A DNA stretch of 64,000 nt, taken from IMG/VR virus record IMGVR_UViG_3300035498_000371, positions 96,001 through 160,000 of that record; one strand, written 5' to 3'. The position numbers and the translations under genes are program-made. How positions within the stretch are numbered: the first letter of the stretch is position 1; every line of letters begins with the position of its first letter. Below the pieces are notes generated by a model, which did no database searches, was not told where the DNA came from, and was given only the letters and a program-made list of their open reading frames with translations. Source of the stretch: a virus. Taxonomy: Duplodnaviria > Caudoviricetes. Below, one piece after another: positions 51,601 to 59,427 of the stretch.

Positions 51601-52203
51601 CATTATATCAGACCTAAATATACTGATACAACCTCTGGAGGAAACTATGGATCAAATACGACTACGTTTGCAGAGACTGGTCATGATACAAGCGATTCCA
51701 ATACTAGAGGTGGAAATAGCGATAAACCATTATCCAGATTTGGAGTGTATAAAGAGAATCTCGATAGCGGCACTGGATCAACTGGAATCCGCCATATGGT
51801 TAAGACGTCAGACGGTTACGTCAAAACAGAAGAACCAGAAGAGGCTCCAGAGATTCAACGCTTACAGAAATCTGCTAATAGGAAGTATGTTTACTTCGGT
51901 AAGGGTACCACTGATAGCACAAATGATATGCTCGATGCAATTATTAATGTGCTAATGACTATAGCAGATAATACTGATAAACTAAATACGATTGTTGCAA
52001 TATTAAATCAGAAGTTAGGAGTTAATATAACTGCCGATGATATTGCTAATAATACTGGTAATACTAGCACACTGAAACAGCAACTTAGTGGAAGTCTTGG
52101 TAGGGGTACTAGTAATAGTAAGATGAGTAGTATTCAAGATTCTATAGATAATAGTTCTATAAACGCAATTATGAATGCTATGGATTCTATTGCAGCAGAA
52201 TAA
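39658..52203 (+). CDS. Giant tape-measure-like tail protein with C39-like peptidase, GH24 lysozyme and CHAP domains
   Basis: Helical Gly/Ala repeats; ACGPAA..HYV..QDP; LIKSCEG..TIGYGH..NQFDALVSYTYN; PWCAMFVSW..HTGIV..TIEGN; late motif 39619. Confidence 0.85.
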   Translation: MKGVTNYLKNVTKSVAFSAMDVAKSDMAPDVIDFAETNKELFVSTYAALKNPKTAVKKSVQAIQSSKVYQAVDYGTKNLFQDLRTGNFYNKERMARDEARLAGLDVDDWNDLSEFGVDDDWESKSSGSSKSASEVTAGDMAIVSSIEGSNAALANATVNAVVGSADSINKNARINTAMLYTQNEKLFNGLNNSIGALNSTMNAIFKVQSQALQNMDKNMSTYFTESVKLDTERNAIMKEMLEMQRNMYKSASDKEREAANKRSGSKKKFRWGDISSSGMPDLDNYISSVKKNINDQISGMGIPGFSEDSNMLASMMVSPMKYVTDYVVSGLIPATIKEATKELNDSITGIFGNIIGMLGNARANNDGGIMGMIAKIFGVNTSVNRTIDATKYEKGPVPFDGLTRKAIIDVIPAHLRRIEAALTGMPEQMFDYNSGKWIKARDVKKQYDDIRKNAIRSGTSDLRAQMNPAFRKVAASNKADREDLNEAFNELMEFIYDNNGRFNPNISAAKNKIDPVKYRHLANDKIYPIICTVFKNFASTTNERGEQRTAFSKMLGISNKVLSAKDAEEKQYRDIENSATNVIKQLISEGGFASSDKHGAWKVKDKSHPDKETFEAYNSLTRVKDRYDNTVFDYLQNVNKELTWMRLNWAHSININGGGGYSSRSGRGRRSGRTASPIVNNSPMVSFDKIDIRNANYKAPTANSNYGNAADTRATNEAISKIEKGTAVDFRDFSVDEQQALLHLAALIRDNNTSEYNQATRNAIDSNAISKFIDQHFIKTDTTTLRDIERRSRKADEEGKNTDEIDYGDAKEKNFVTKIKEVIGQYGSLGGAIAGAGTEAFRNVLYTADKAIYEMMYKAELKVDGEDGAKKYEGFMDMIAGKAKETFDGIKKYAEDNILKPFKEKLGIGEDFKDRFKNSFKNMAKAGGKMFLDANKEVYRPLYNATIGDWKQKSQSKVAMATTKKRLQNKYYKTGNKNYKDSDDEYELEQRAAVVGATANDLARFRDQATTEDGQYYPQMYIALLNDFCRKHAKDEYAKRANTDVFATKEKRDARNRAAAGGRTSIDQDGNVTTNRKIDRAAEAKSLIKWGRENRIYEYGDEDGSSIIARLQANGVSNEEIDKMRDAAYVKVNAVDANGKPIVKREYNHDLFIASLIKKYERYEHSLHAKGTMGKPFMGKSMLSKGELLFNSKGMSLVNKTDAYNVNEPTHILNTEDSHDLLSILGAKNLGPKTSIQQALGKEKLAKKKIFGKDSVANNAEGNMKIDGKDISPNDLIETGKKYLPETLAGSSIGGIIGLLFGAPILGAGIGSAASMISSSNTLKDKLFGQVGKDGNRAGGIISKATQDTVKKYLPDMAKYGLAGIIPGLLTPLGPIGGLLVGGTIGMLKNNERFTNKYFGENGKLTIGSKEKEIIQKMFPSAAKGAGIGAIAGLFVPSPFGILGNAVVGSVVGMMTTTDEWKEMILGTDIGGVREGGLVGVLKDALKPITDALTNLKDKVAQAVDNNIVDPLKRFMTPAIHALPKLLGKIPAKISDKLEDLYGTSAGQKIKTALKPVSFVGSKVIGGAGKVFNAATTPMRLIGKAGDKIRENAILNNEAEYMTAQERIQFMSDKGKDYLNSDFDKMLADIGKGNGAMSVDQAKSLMNNLNVLRDSEAGISSAQNRAFKDIRKNLENYKMGNGKSLSNTTLKTVNDALKYNNTDKAIKALENSGMSKEEFNALMDGDAGLRGKLTNYSDLKERKRRLLDTDKNEASNKVQELLKEFGMDNIDVRNKRDVEKMAKLLNTEIVNREANPESIEGKELLLSEDRNKKLQELLDSFEEMKEIMKGNVEGAGDSTAQNFKANVTDKVNNAVDASNEKFDKVSEKETAKFEGEASDELKDEMSRHSANPVKNIVNSAKHTSQAKTLNAEQASAGLENLKRTKQFIKAGFPLENEGEMIGYVKNLTPVKFTSLMRISKSGKVSRYLKSPQCNIKLTKEDVDTITSLNNNEFAKLESRCAGYLEAGRFEFKSIKEILESEYANDGYTSFGNMVKGKVGKAASGVAGFAGKTVSALNPFTLKSRIKKSYSDYMSDGLNAEHVESETGAEPVAQNGLGTMLLKGVGSVAKGIGSIATKGIKSLFGGGSDSEGSSKGAAGKMAGILSMLGAKGPDAGGGNNSIGDTNETDKEGDGRDITQTSEGPAFIKRGTDGSIDYDTTDSKTKQVVEKLTAKEKLSQKYMEAQSKVGESLNKLFGEAEEEKKTTKLSMLSLLFGGALLAKSGILGKIFNNVIKPLWEDHLKPWITDTAIPWIIDTGIPMITSAISSLGSVIVDGIKTFFTTTGDGGFWGILSTILNVGNTDGDEKDLVVDTSTKDSSEMTGMKDESGNTLTWGDIQNHNYQKLYSNDGEEIYVDENGNVVNEAENNYAAKVAGKVGNAAAHAFAQGGVPLVSTASKGLSFLSKHGGIAGKIIGTTGKAITSTVEAAGKAGSAATTLVAERAATRQANKALLSAGGTVAEELPTVGSKVVSAVKTAATNSKVGQWIQTGKDLNKAKSLGGMFVDSASTSQKVAAKVATATETVSSKVSTIISKLAGVIDDLFSNSTVLKKLKSVAEVLHIDDVTSWISKFKDKVTSVFDDAITKGAEKAGSETVKKAASKLNLIMTIAFIVKDFLTGCDQAESILGVTNSTIVEELVSGIVNALCNLLIIPAIFPGVSNIAQLLLEFFGDDLEERQKEADEELEEYREKNGSDISKEDYLKQQYSVTGKVGAWFKKGVSNIKQGAKDLVSGAKDKVSGALSTVKEKASNVKDAVVDKVKSAASAVTSVAKSAGGFVKEKATKTIDFAKELGSKVTSGDIQGLISYQAAGEDEEGGVMNTVQNMAGNVAKVPLLIPTVISAGIHKVADFVTNIVGKAKDTGSNLLDLGKQLSTYISSGDVVGLMGFNSGVEDTEDYTGSLSKSTVGGAKLLAFIPTILSMVGGKVGEIIGNIIDKAKTAGGAIGDTVMTMKDYVISGDVVGLMTHKVDETDDFAGKVSAVTVGISKGIMFVPTMLSSGVHKIADAVETIFGGIKTAGGAIATTVSSMQTFVTNGDITGLINYAPTVTDDFAGKVSSITSVVAKGVMFIPTSVSAGVHKIADVITTVVDGIKTAGTSTVDTLLQMKDYVVAGDPDGLSAFQPATTEGLAGGVAKVVSGVGKVILTPATYISLGVHKVASGIESIIETGQTIAEGVANVGSDLIEFVKEGDTDGLSAYTIGEGDDFLSKAGGVVTSVAKVIVTPATYISKGVHAISDTFQDIVDEIMSVKDDTDTVIQQAKDGEVSLFSSDYWGSSDSSSSGFVGAIGKVYGFITKVINAPFVLVSNIINKVADAFSNIKDWIEEKFSGVKEFFEDPLSFVYKKITGKGTVEADGSFEKVETDDTESASGSYGRGIYGRGYSKQIDPSIKNYRFNKKGDSEKQTIGDSACGPAAAVNVIESLHGRGAYGRGGSAVLNAAGYALRNGYKETNGGTKPGFFSDYFNKNGYGSQTTSSRSQLLNNINNGMPTVLMGRDARGVSSSTPFGKTPHYVTVTGTDGKVNAIVQDPESKVDNQLYPTKSLLSKSSLGVSAYGKGSRYGRGTMYGRATSTNIDSMVTGNNGLDLIKSCEGWRSTAYKLAGETYYTIGYGHHGADVSAGQTITEAQGLALLKSDLGTYEKSVRDNCKSIGFTPNQNQFDALVSYTYNRGTGGAKQLYENCKTADQISDGLVTYWGSATRYKDSLINRRKKEQTLFNSTSENSVDYSSVSSSSSSILSSDSSSSSSSSDGSVTNSIVSMFGNLLSNSKIGKALSIFSGSSSSSSSSSSSSSSSSGDSTTAFTGGEPYTGNAGGQIKKLLTAAAGEIGYHETGDNITKYGAWYPMNGQPWCAMFVSWAANQAGIPESIIPKYSYCPTGADQLKQLGGQEVSGANAGPGDILFHYNGSRYSHTGIVEDVSDGKVHTIEGNSSDQVIRRSYATSASSEHYIRPKYTDTTSGGNYGSNTTTFAETGHDTSDSNTRGGNSDKPLSRFGVYKENLDSGTGSTGIRHMVKTSDGYVKTEEPEEAPEIQRLQKSANRKYVYFGKGTTDSTNDMLDAIINVLMTIADNTDKLNTIVAILNQKLGVNITADDIANNTGNTSTLKQQLSGSLGRGTSNSKMSSIQDSIDNSSINAIMNAMDSIAAE
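48163..49560 (+). repeat. Six tandem 77-80 aa repeats in the tape measure
   Basis: xGDxxGL units start at 48163, 48403, 48640, 48871, 49102, 49333. Confidence 0.85.
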
Positions 52204-52218
52204 AAATCTTAAAATTAA

Positions 52219-52248
52219 GTTGGAGTGGTCAAAAACGACCACTCCAAC
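52219..52248 (+). terminator. Hairpin overlapping the next late promoter motif
   Basis: GTTGGAGTGGTC-aaaaac-GACCACTCCAAC; no U-tract. Confidence 0.55.
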
Positions 52249-52276
52249 AATATATTAAAATTAGGAGGTGATTTTT

Positions 52277-53800
52277 ATGGCAACACCATCTAGTAGTAAT
52301 TATACTACAGAAACTACTAACGCCGATGGAGCATCAGTATCAATATCTGATGGAGATACTTATATTGATGACCAATTTCTTGTTAGTTATAGTGCTAGTG
52401 GAGACATGAGTGATTCAAGTTATACATCTCAATTAGAGAGTGGGCTAAGAGTAAAAGATCTTAGAGGTATACTAGGTATGCCTCCGCAATTTTTGCCAAC
52501 AGCAGATCCAAGAATTGATACAACCGATGGGGTTGGAAATTATGATAGTTTTGGAAGAGTATATTCAGAAAAAATTATAAAGAATATTCCATTATTATTA
52601 ATAACCCCAGGAGTTCCGGCATTCATGTCAGAATTTTCATCATCACAAAAGAATATTGTGGCTCAAGCATTCTTAGGAAATAAAACTGGAGATTTTGATA
52701 GTTTGATGGAAAGTGGTAGTGGTAAATATTATTCGTTAAAATATAATTATACTGATTATTTTGGATATGTGAATACCATGTGTAGAGCTGCGGCGTATTT
52801 TTTAGATATACAGAATGAGACTGTAGACGGCAGTAAATTAGGATCTAAGAATTGGTTATATAGTTCAGAAAGTGGAGATATATTTGGTCATAAAGGTTTG
52901 AAGAGATTTTTAGGACCATATGCTGGATGTATAGCAATGTACGCAGATTGCGGTACTGATACTAGTGATAGTTTCAGTAACTCAACCACTCAATCTTCTT
53001 TATCATCAAGTATTAACTCATTATCAGATCAAGCCAGAGAATTAAATTTCTTAGTTGGAGCTGCTGGTACTGAAGCTGGAATATCTGGATTAGATAAACT
53101 TGGAATGGAAGATCTTGAAAGTAATATTGAGAATATGACAAGTGCTATAGATGCAGTTGGATTGGGATCTGGAAATATTTTCAATAAGATTATAAGCCAA
53201 GCTACTACGATTTTAGCAGGTGGCAGGCTGGTATTTCCAGAGATATGGTCTGATTCTTCATTCGGTAGATCTTATTCATGCAGAATGAAACTTGTTGCTG
53301 TATCTGGAGATAAAATATCAGTATACCTTAATATACTCGTACCAATATATCATTTAATAGGGATGGTATTACCTAGACAATCTAGCGGGCAAGCTTATTA
53401 TTCTCCATTCTTAGTAAGATGCTATTATAAAGGTTTGTTTAACGTTGATATGGGTATTATAACAGACTTAAGTGTTACTAAGGGTGCTGAAGGAGAATGG
53501 ACTCTTGATGGCATTCCTACAGTGGCAGAAGTATCATTCTCTGTAAAAGACATGTATGACGGAATGTTTATGAGCAAAGATTTAGGTTTATCAAATGCTA
53601 TTCTTAGCAATGTAACAGAACTTGATTATATTGCTAATAGTTGCGGTATAAATATAAACGATCAAGAGGTTGCACGTACATTTAAGATATATGCTGGACT
53701 TACTGCTGGCTCTATTAAAGATAGAGTAACAAATGGTATCTTCGGTAATGTCGCTCAGTTCTTCAATCAAAAGATGGCTAATATATTCGGTGTCTTTTAA
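52277..53800 (+). CDS. Virion structural protein (baseplate/tail-tube initiator-like)
   Basis: Follows tape measure; FPEIWSDSSF..SPFLVR..GIITDLSV..P..AEVSFSVKD. Confidence 0.6.
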   Translation: MATPSSSNYTTETTNADGASVSISDGDTYIDDQFLVSYSASGDMSDSSYTSQLESGLRVKDLRGILGMPPQFLPTADPRIDTTDGVGNYDSFGRVYSEKIIKNIPLLLITPGVPAFMSEFSSSQKNIVAQAFLGNKTGDFDSLMESGSGKYYSLKYNYTDYFGYVNTMCRAAAYFLDIQNETVDGSKLGSKNWLYSSESGDIFGHKGLKRFLGPYAGCIAMYADCGTDTSDSFSNSTTQSSLSSSINSLSDQARELNFLVGAAGTEAGISGLDKLGMEDLESNIENMTSAIDAVGLGSGNIFNKIISQATTILAGGRLVFPEIWSDSSFGRSYSCRMKLVAVSGDKISVYLNILVPIYHLIGMVLPRQSSGQAYYSPFLVRCYYKGLFNVDMGIITDLSVTKGAEGEWTLDGIPTVAEVSFSVKDMYDGMFMSKDLGLSNAILSNVTELDYIANSCGININDQEVARTFKIYAGLTAGSIKDRVTNGIFGNVAQFFNQKMANIFGVF

Positions 53801-53852
53801 TAGACCAATTTACATCATAGTAAATTAAGCAATATATAGGAGTGATGCGACT

Positions 53853-54590
53853 TTGAAAAATAGAAAAGAAAAAATGCTAGAGTACTCTGAAAAGTACTCT
53901 GGCATTCCTAAAGATTACAGAGAGCGATTAAATTATCTTTACGAAACGTTAAAGATTGATGATGCAAAATCGGATGAAATAATTGCAGCAAGACAAGCAT
54001 TTATAGATTCCACATATTATGAGACAATAAGAATAGTGTTGTACGAGATTCCTGAGTACACCCCTAGACCTAGAGCTAGATTAATACACAAATCGGGAAT
54101 ATTGAATGCCGTCAGTGGAGGCGATACGTTCATTCAGGTATATTCAATTACAGGAAGACAAAATAGAGAATACATGAAAATGTTTACCCAAGAGAATTTA
54201 CAATATCTTGAACAGCTATTATGTACTCCTTGCGATATTGAATATAAGACTTATTTCCCTACACCGGCTTATTATAATAAAACAGATATCTTCTTAGCAG
54301 AGATAGGAATCCATAGGCCATTAATAAAACCAGATTTCGATAATATCGAAAAGAGTTATGCTGACTCATTTACTGGAAACGTATGGATAGATGATATCGT
54401 TGTAGTAGATGCAACAATAAGGAAATATTACTCAATTCTTCCTAGAGTAGAAATAGATCTTAAATATGCCAACCAATTATCAAATTATCATCAATATAAA
54501 GCTATGATAAGAAGAAAAGATTTTACCGACGAAATGAAAGTAAATTATTTTGGAGGTAATAACGATGGGAATATTAAAAGAAATTTATAA
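53853..54590 (+). CDS. rusA: RusA-like Holliday junction resolvase
   Basis: PRPRAR, KPDFDNIEK..D, WIDDIVVVD..KYYS..PRVEI. Confidence 0.8.
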   Translation: MKNRKEKMLEYSEKYSGIPKDYRERLNYLYETLKIDDAKSDEIIAARQAFIDSTYYETIRIVLYEIPEYTPRPRARLIHKSGILNAVSGGDTFIQVYSITGRQNREYMKMFTQENLQYLEQLLCTPCDIEYKTYFPTPAYYNKTDIFLAEIGIHRPLIKPDFDNIEKSYADSFTGNVWIDDIVVVDATIRKYYSILPRVEIDLKYANQLSNYHQYKAMIRRKDFTDEMKVNYFGGNNDGNIKRNL

Positions 54591-54849
54591 TTATAGACAG
54601 AGTGTAAACTCTAAAGTTCATGTAGATGAATTGGTAAATAGGATGTCTTCCTCTACCAATTTCAAAGTAATAAAAAATGATGATACCTCTCTGGGTATCA
54701 TTCATGAAGATTATACTAAAGATGAAATGATTAATAAATTAAATAAAGTTATTAGTCAAATTGTTGGTATTGATTCTTCATTAGATCCTTCAATGTTTTA
54801 CCATATCTATGAAGTTAATGGCTCCCACACTATAGTTAAATTATTTTAA
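54565..54849 (+). CDS. Hypothetical protein
   Basis: RBS GGAGG within rusA 3' end. Confidence 0.65.
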   Translation: MGILKEIYNYRQSVNSKVHVDELVNRMSSSTNFKVIKNDDTSLGIIHEDYTKDEMINKLNKVISQIVGIDSSLDPSMFYHIYEVNGSHTIVKLF

Positions 54850-54925
54850 AAGACACGAAAGCCACCCGACTGCTATAATGCAGTCGGGCAACCTTCTTTA
54901 TATATAAAGGCAACTCGGACCCTCA
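54850..54925 (-). ncRNA. Candidate ~75-nt small RNA or long terminator
   Basis: Late motif 54935-54923 right after a stop codon, then a 17-bp stem with minus-strand-specific G.U pairs. Confidence 0.3.
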
Positions 54926-54939
54926 ATATAATGTTGTAT

Positions 54940-55935
54940 TTATTTCTGAAGAGCTGCAATATAATCGCTTATGAACTTTTCATCCATATTTACAATCTGA
55001 GTTGTATTTACCATCTCAAGCATTGTATACATAAGCTGCGATGTATTGACTATAGATTCCATATCAACCTTGGCTTCTTTTACATATCTTTTAGATAACT
55101 CAGGATCTTTAAATACAGACTTAGTCAATGCTTCCACAATACAATGGAATACAGATTTCTCTCTAGCAGCTTCAAGTTCTACGATTTCACGCTGAGCCAT
55201 AGAAGAGATTTCTTCAGCCTGAGATTCTGTAGTTGCTTTGTCAATCTGATCTTTAGCAGCATCGAGCACTTCCTGATATTCCATTCTTGATGCCAAGTTT
55301 GAATCAATGAATTCTGATACAGAATCGGCAACTCTATCCTTAATCATCTTAGCAGCATCATCGCAATCCAGATTTTCAAGCTCTTCATAGAATTCAGTTC
55401 CGATAGTATTATTAAGCTTAATAGGCTTTCCTACCAAGAAACCGAGCTCATCTGTCTCGTTCTCCTTATCTTCGCATTCTCCGCATTCAAGCATCTTATT
55501 ATAATACTTATCACAGATTCTGCTAATCTCTGAAAGCACATAATTCTTAGTGGCGAAATCACTAATAAGATTGCTAGCTCCATTCTCTTTAACGAATCTA
55601 ACGATAAGATTTCTTACAACCATATCATCTGATTTAGTTAATGGAGTTACTGAAGATTCTTTATACAGCTTACGAAGACACTCACTAAGCATAGCAGTCT
55701 TCACATTCTGCAAATATTCTGAATGCCTAGCATCATCTGCATATGCTTCACTAATGTAATTAGCGTAAGCTGCTCCAGCCTCATTCTGCTCTTTCTGTAT
55801 GGCTGTCTGTTCTCTCTGAATAGCATCCTGCTGACGGTCATACTCTTCTACACGCCCTTCATGAATTCCAGCATATATATCAGCAGCGCTATAGGAAAGC
55901 CCACCAGCTAAGGGTTTTGTTTCACTTGTATACAT
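54940..55935 (-). CDS. Probable virion/head protein
   Basis: Late motif; xxE|S/A/G motifs (IHEG, ISEA, YKES, TTES, VKEA). Confidence 0.6.
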   Translation of the reverse strand: MYTSETKPLAGGLSYSAADIYAGIHEGRVEEYDRQQDAIQREQTAIQKEQNEAGAAYANYISEAYADDARHSEYLQNVKTAMLSECLRKLYKESSVTPLTKSDDMVVRNLIVRFVKENGASNLISDFATKNYVLSEISRICDKYYNKMLECGECEDKENETDELGFLVGKPIKLNNTIGTEFYEELENLDCDDAAKMIKDRVADSVSEFIDSNLASRMEYQEVLDAAKDQIDKATTESQAEEISSMAQREIVELEAAREKSVFHCIVEALTKSVFKDPELSKRYVKEAKVDMESIVNTSQLMYTMLEMVNTTQIVNMDEKFISDYIAALQK

Positions 55936-55975
55936 AATACAATACCTCCTTGATTGATAATTTATTAAAATGTTT

Positions 55976-58900
55976 TTAGTATACAGTTATTGTGATATCT
56001 GGAGTCATTGTTACATCATCTGTAGTTGCTACATTAATAAATTCAGGAACCAAATCAGCTTCAATACTTTCATCGAAATATAAATGCTGACACATTGGTC
56101 CATATTCATTAACCCCAAGATATTCAAAGTATTTAATTCTATCTCTATAGTTATTTGTAATAAGAGTGATGATATTAGGAACGTGTATCTCATTAATTTC
56201 ATTGATCGTTTCAATATATTCCTTAATATCTGGGATGATACCATCAACCACAGTCTTATCTCCTATAGCTGTAGGCTCGAGAGCAAACTTAAGACTTATA
56301 GCAACGTTATCGACATAACTTACACATCTTGACGTATCGTCGAGCCTAATATAGCCAACGTAAGGATACTTAATCTTACCCCATATACCGCTTTCTTTTG
56401 TTACGCTTACAATTGTTCCAAGAGCAAGAGTTCCTACAACTTCTTCTGATCCTAAATCGGCATAAACGTCCAGTTTCTTAGTAGTAACTTTAACGTTGTA
56501 CGTAAGCTCTGTAGGTAAGATATAATAGAATCTCTTAGATGGACCATAAGTATTAACAAATTTGAAGTCAATACCAAATGTATCTTCTAATACATCTAAG
56601 CACTCTTCTATATATTTACGACGTTCTTCAAGTACTTGAACAAAATCCTGCATTGAGGTTTCTGATGCTAAGAATCCATTCTTTATCATAGGTATTCTAT
56701 CAATAGAATACTTGTAATATAAACCCCCAGTATCATTCTGTTTATAAATAGGTTTGTATTCGCTATAGCCCATGCCATAAGAATCAGTCCTCTTAACCTC
56801 TTTATAGAGAAGATTACCATTTTCGTCAGAATCCTGGATGGGATTAATAACCACAGAGCTCGTCATCATGCTTGAATAATCATAATAGAAGTCTATTCCG
56901 TCATCTACAGATAAAACGTTGCATAAAGTATATCTAGAAAGATCAAGATAGCTGTATTGGTTTATAACCTTAAGAGCTTCTTCGTCATTAAGTAGTACTT
57001 CTTGAACAAATTTGGAGTCGGTATTATTCCTAATATACTTAAGAATTGCAGATTCGGTATTTAACTCATTCTGATTATAATCATATACATATTGCATATA
57101 TGAAGCATGTTTCTTCATTATCGTAATTATATTTATATGCTCTTCAGAATCTTCATAAGAGATATTATTGTTAAGAAATTCTGATACAATATCACTCTTT
57201 GTAGGGACAATAGCTTCAAGCTCAGACCTATTACCAATACCATCATCCCCATAGAGAATCACTTCAGCAGTTTCTTCAGTAATTTTCTCTCCATTCTCAT
57301 CCAAATCGCCAACAGATAAACCAAAGTCTGCTAAAATGTATAATTTAGCGTAAGTATTTTTATTCATATACCCATGAGATGATTCTATAGATTCAAGCTC
57401 TTGTAATGCCTCTGGTTTGGCATTATAAATTCCAGTAATATTGATTCTATTATTAAGATCCATATAATCATCTGTACCCATTTCAAACTGGAATGTGTAT
57501 AAATCGTCCTGTTGCTCATAATCAGTAAGGGTCCCTTCAAGATATCTATATGGATTCGTTTCTGTGTCATCAGCATACATAACCAAAATGGCTCTAATTT
57601 TAATATTGGTAAGAATTTTATCATTATTAGCATCATTGGTTACTGTAACTAAAGCTTTAGCATCATCGTTGGTATTTCTGATCATATCAAGCGTCATAAT
57701 ATACTTATAATCATAAGTCTTTTTATCACCATTATTATCAGTATAAATAAACTTACGAGTCCAGTTCATATTAGTTGTAATGAACTGAGTATCTGATGCT
57801 GTATTAATAGAATCAAATTTAAACGTTTTATCTTCATTCATTACTGTAAGAAGATAAGAGGAAATAAGATCATCGTCAATAGTAATCAAGAATGGGCAAA
57901 TGTATTCAAATACCCTCACAAGATTACCGTCTATATTGGTTGTCATAGGATATGGGTAATCATCCTCGTCCAATCCTTCAACATATTCTGGAGGGGTTAA
58001 CGTGGCATACGCTTTATCGGTATCTGTTCCATGATCATAATAGTAAAATACAGTTCCTGGAGATAGGACTAGGTTGTTATTTCCAGCAAAACCTTTAAAA
58101 TCGTTTTGCTCAACCATTAATGGTAATGTGTTTGTAGGATATACAGTATCATTCTTCTTGGTTATCATATAACCATAATACAATCTTTCAAATGGATTAT
58201 CTCTCTTTTTATAGAAATAAAGATAATTGGTGTCATCATTGATTGAATTAAAGAAATTATTTAAATCTGTAGTATTAATTACAGATCCTCTAGACTGAGC
58301 CTCACGAGGGATAATCTTTTTAAGATCATCTATAGACTTCTTATCTCTACCACCATTTGAAACACCATTAAGCAATGGATAAATAATGGCATACATACCG
58401 TTATAATTGCTATACGCATCACTAATAAGACTTATACGAAACTCCTCATTATAAGTAATATTACCGTTATAACCATCACTCAATACTACGTTGATAGTTA
58501 CAGTAGCGTTAAGCTTTGGCACGTAAGAATCTCTAGAGAATATTATTCTGATGGTATTCTCATCCAGATATTCATAATAACACCATTCGCCATCCTCTAC
58601 AGTATAATCCAATAAACCAGAATAAATTGGAGTGAGGTGTCTTGTTTCTCCATTAGATTCTGTCACATCTATATCAAAATATGATAATTGATCATCAAAC
58701 TCAAACGTAAATGTCTTATTTTCAATATCATTATCTGTTAATACATTACGCTCAATCTCGACTAAAGTAACCTGATGCAGCCTTGCAGAGAATGCCACAT
58801 AATCAATGCCGTCTCTATTAGTCTTAATCAACGTAGTAATGTATGGATTAGTAATATCGGATATTGGATTATCTTGCTTAATGGTGGTAGTACCATCTTC

Positions 58901-59407
58901 AAACAAATCATACATTGCGGTGTATACATAAGCGCCTTTAGTATTCCTTGTTCTATTTATGATTACATCATAGTCAAGATGAAATTCTATATCATCTATT
59001 CTTACTGGAACTCTATGATCAAGAATAAATTTAGCCCTTCCAGTAGTAACGTTAATTTCAGCAAAATTCTGTTCCATTTCTGATATTGGGAGATAAATCA
59101 TCATTGTCATAGTTGCTGGTTTAGCATTAATATCTGAAATTGCTAAATTCATTGCATGGGCTAAGATATTCTTATGAAACTTTGCTCTTGTTGGCAAAGT
59201 CTCATTGGTTGTTTCTGCTACAGATATAAGGGTATTTTGTAATGACTGAGATGCAATTTCTGTTATATATCCAAAGATACCTACCATAGCTGTAGTTTCA
59301 TCTAAGTCTGTTATTGTATCTTGTCTGATTTTATCTATAAACGCTGCGACATCATAAATATCAGTACTAAGAGTTACGCTATCTGTATTTAAATTAGTTG
59401 AAGCCAT
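55976..59407 (-). CDS. Baseplate wedge protein (gp6/J-like) with SH3b-like insert
   Basis: NETLPTRA..SNGGRDKKSIDDLK..INTTDL; SH3b pattern near the C-terminus. Confidence 0.7.
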   Translation of the reverse strand: MASTNLNTDSVTLSTDIYDVAAFIDKIRQDTITDLDETTAMVGIFGYITEIASQSLQNTLISVAETTNETLPTRAKFHKNILAHAMNLAISDINAKPATMTMMIYLPISEMEQNFAEINVTTGRAKFILDHRVPVRIDDIEFHLDYDVIINRTRNTKGAYVYTAMYDLFEDGTTTIKQDNPISDITNPYITTLIKTNRDGIDYVAFSARLHQVTLVEIERNVLTDNDIENKTFTFEFDDQLSYFDIDVTESNGETRHLTPIYSGLLDYTVEDGEWCYYEYLDENTIRIIFSRDSYVPKLNATVTINVVLSDGYNGNITYNEEFRISLISDAYSNYNGMYAIIYPLLNGVSNGGRDKKSIDDLKKIIPREAQSRGSVINTTDLNNFFNSINDDTNYLYFYKKRDNPFERLYYGYMITKKNDTVYPTNTLPLMVEQNDFKGFAGNNNLVLSPGTVFYYYDHGTDTDKAYATLTPPEYVEGLDEDDYPYPMTTNIDGNLVRVFEYICPFLITIDDDLISSYLLTVMNEDKTFKFDSINTASDTQFITTNMNWTRKFIYTDNNGDKKTYDYKYIMTLDMIRNTNDDAKALVTVTNDANNDKILTNIKIRAILVMYADDTETNPYRYLEGTLTDYEQQDDLYTFQFEMGTDDYMDLNNRINITGIYNAKPEALQELESIESSHGYMNKNTYAKLYILADFGLSVGDLDENGEKITEETAEVILYGDDGIGNRSELEAIVPTKSDIVSEFLNNNISYEDSEEHINIITIMKKHASYMQYVYDYNQNELNTESAILKYIRNNTDSKFVQEVLLNDEEALKVINQYSYLDLSRYTLCNVLSVDDGIDFYYDYSSMMTSSVVINPIQDSDENGNLLYKEVKRTDSYGMGYSEYKPIYKQNDTGGLYYKYSIDRIPMIKNGFLASETSMQDFVQVLEERRKYIEECLDVLEDTFGIDFKFVNTYGPSKRFYYILPTELTYNVKVTTKKLDVYADLGSEEVVGTLALGTIVSVTKESGIWGKIKYPYVGYIRLDDTSRCVSYVDNVAISLKFALEPTAIGDKTVVDGIIPDIKEYIETINEINEIHVPNIITLITNNYRDRIKYFEYLGVNEYGPMCQHLYFDESIEADLVPEFINVATTDDVTMTPDITITVY

Positions 59408-59427
59408 TATCTTTTTCTCCTTTCATT

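Noticed and set aside
40632-52242. Many short overlapping or antisense ORFs inside long genes (also elsewhere)
   Set aside because: Codon-bias shadows without RBSs
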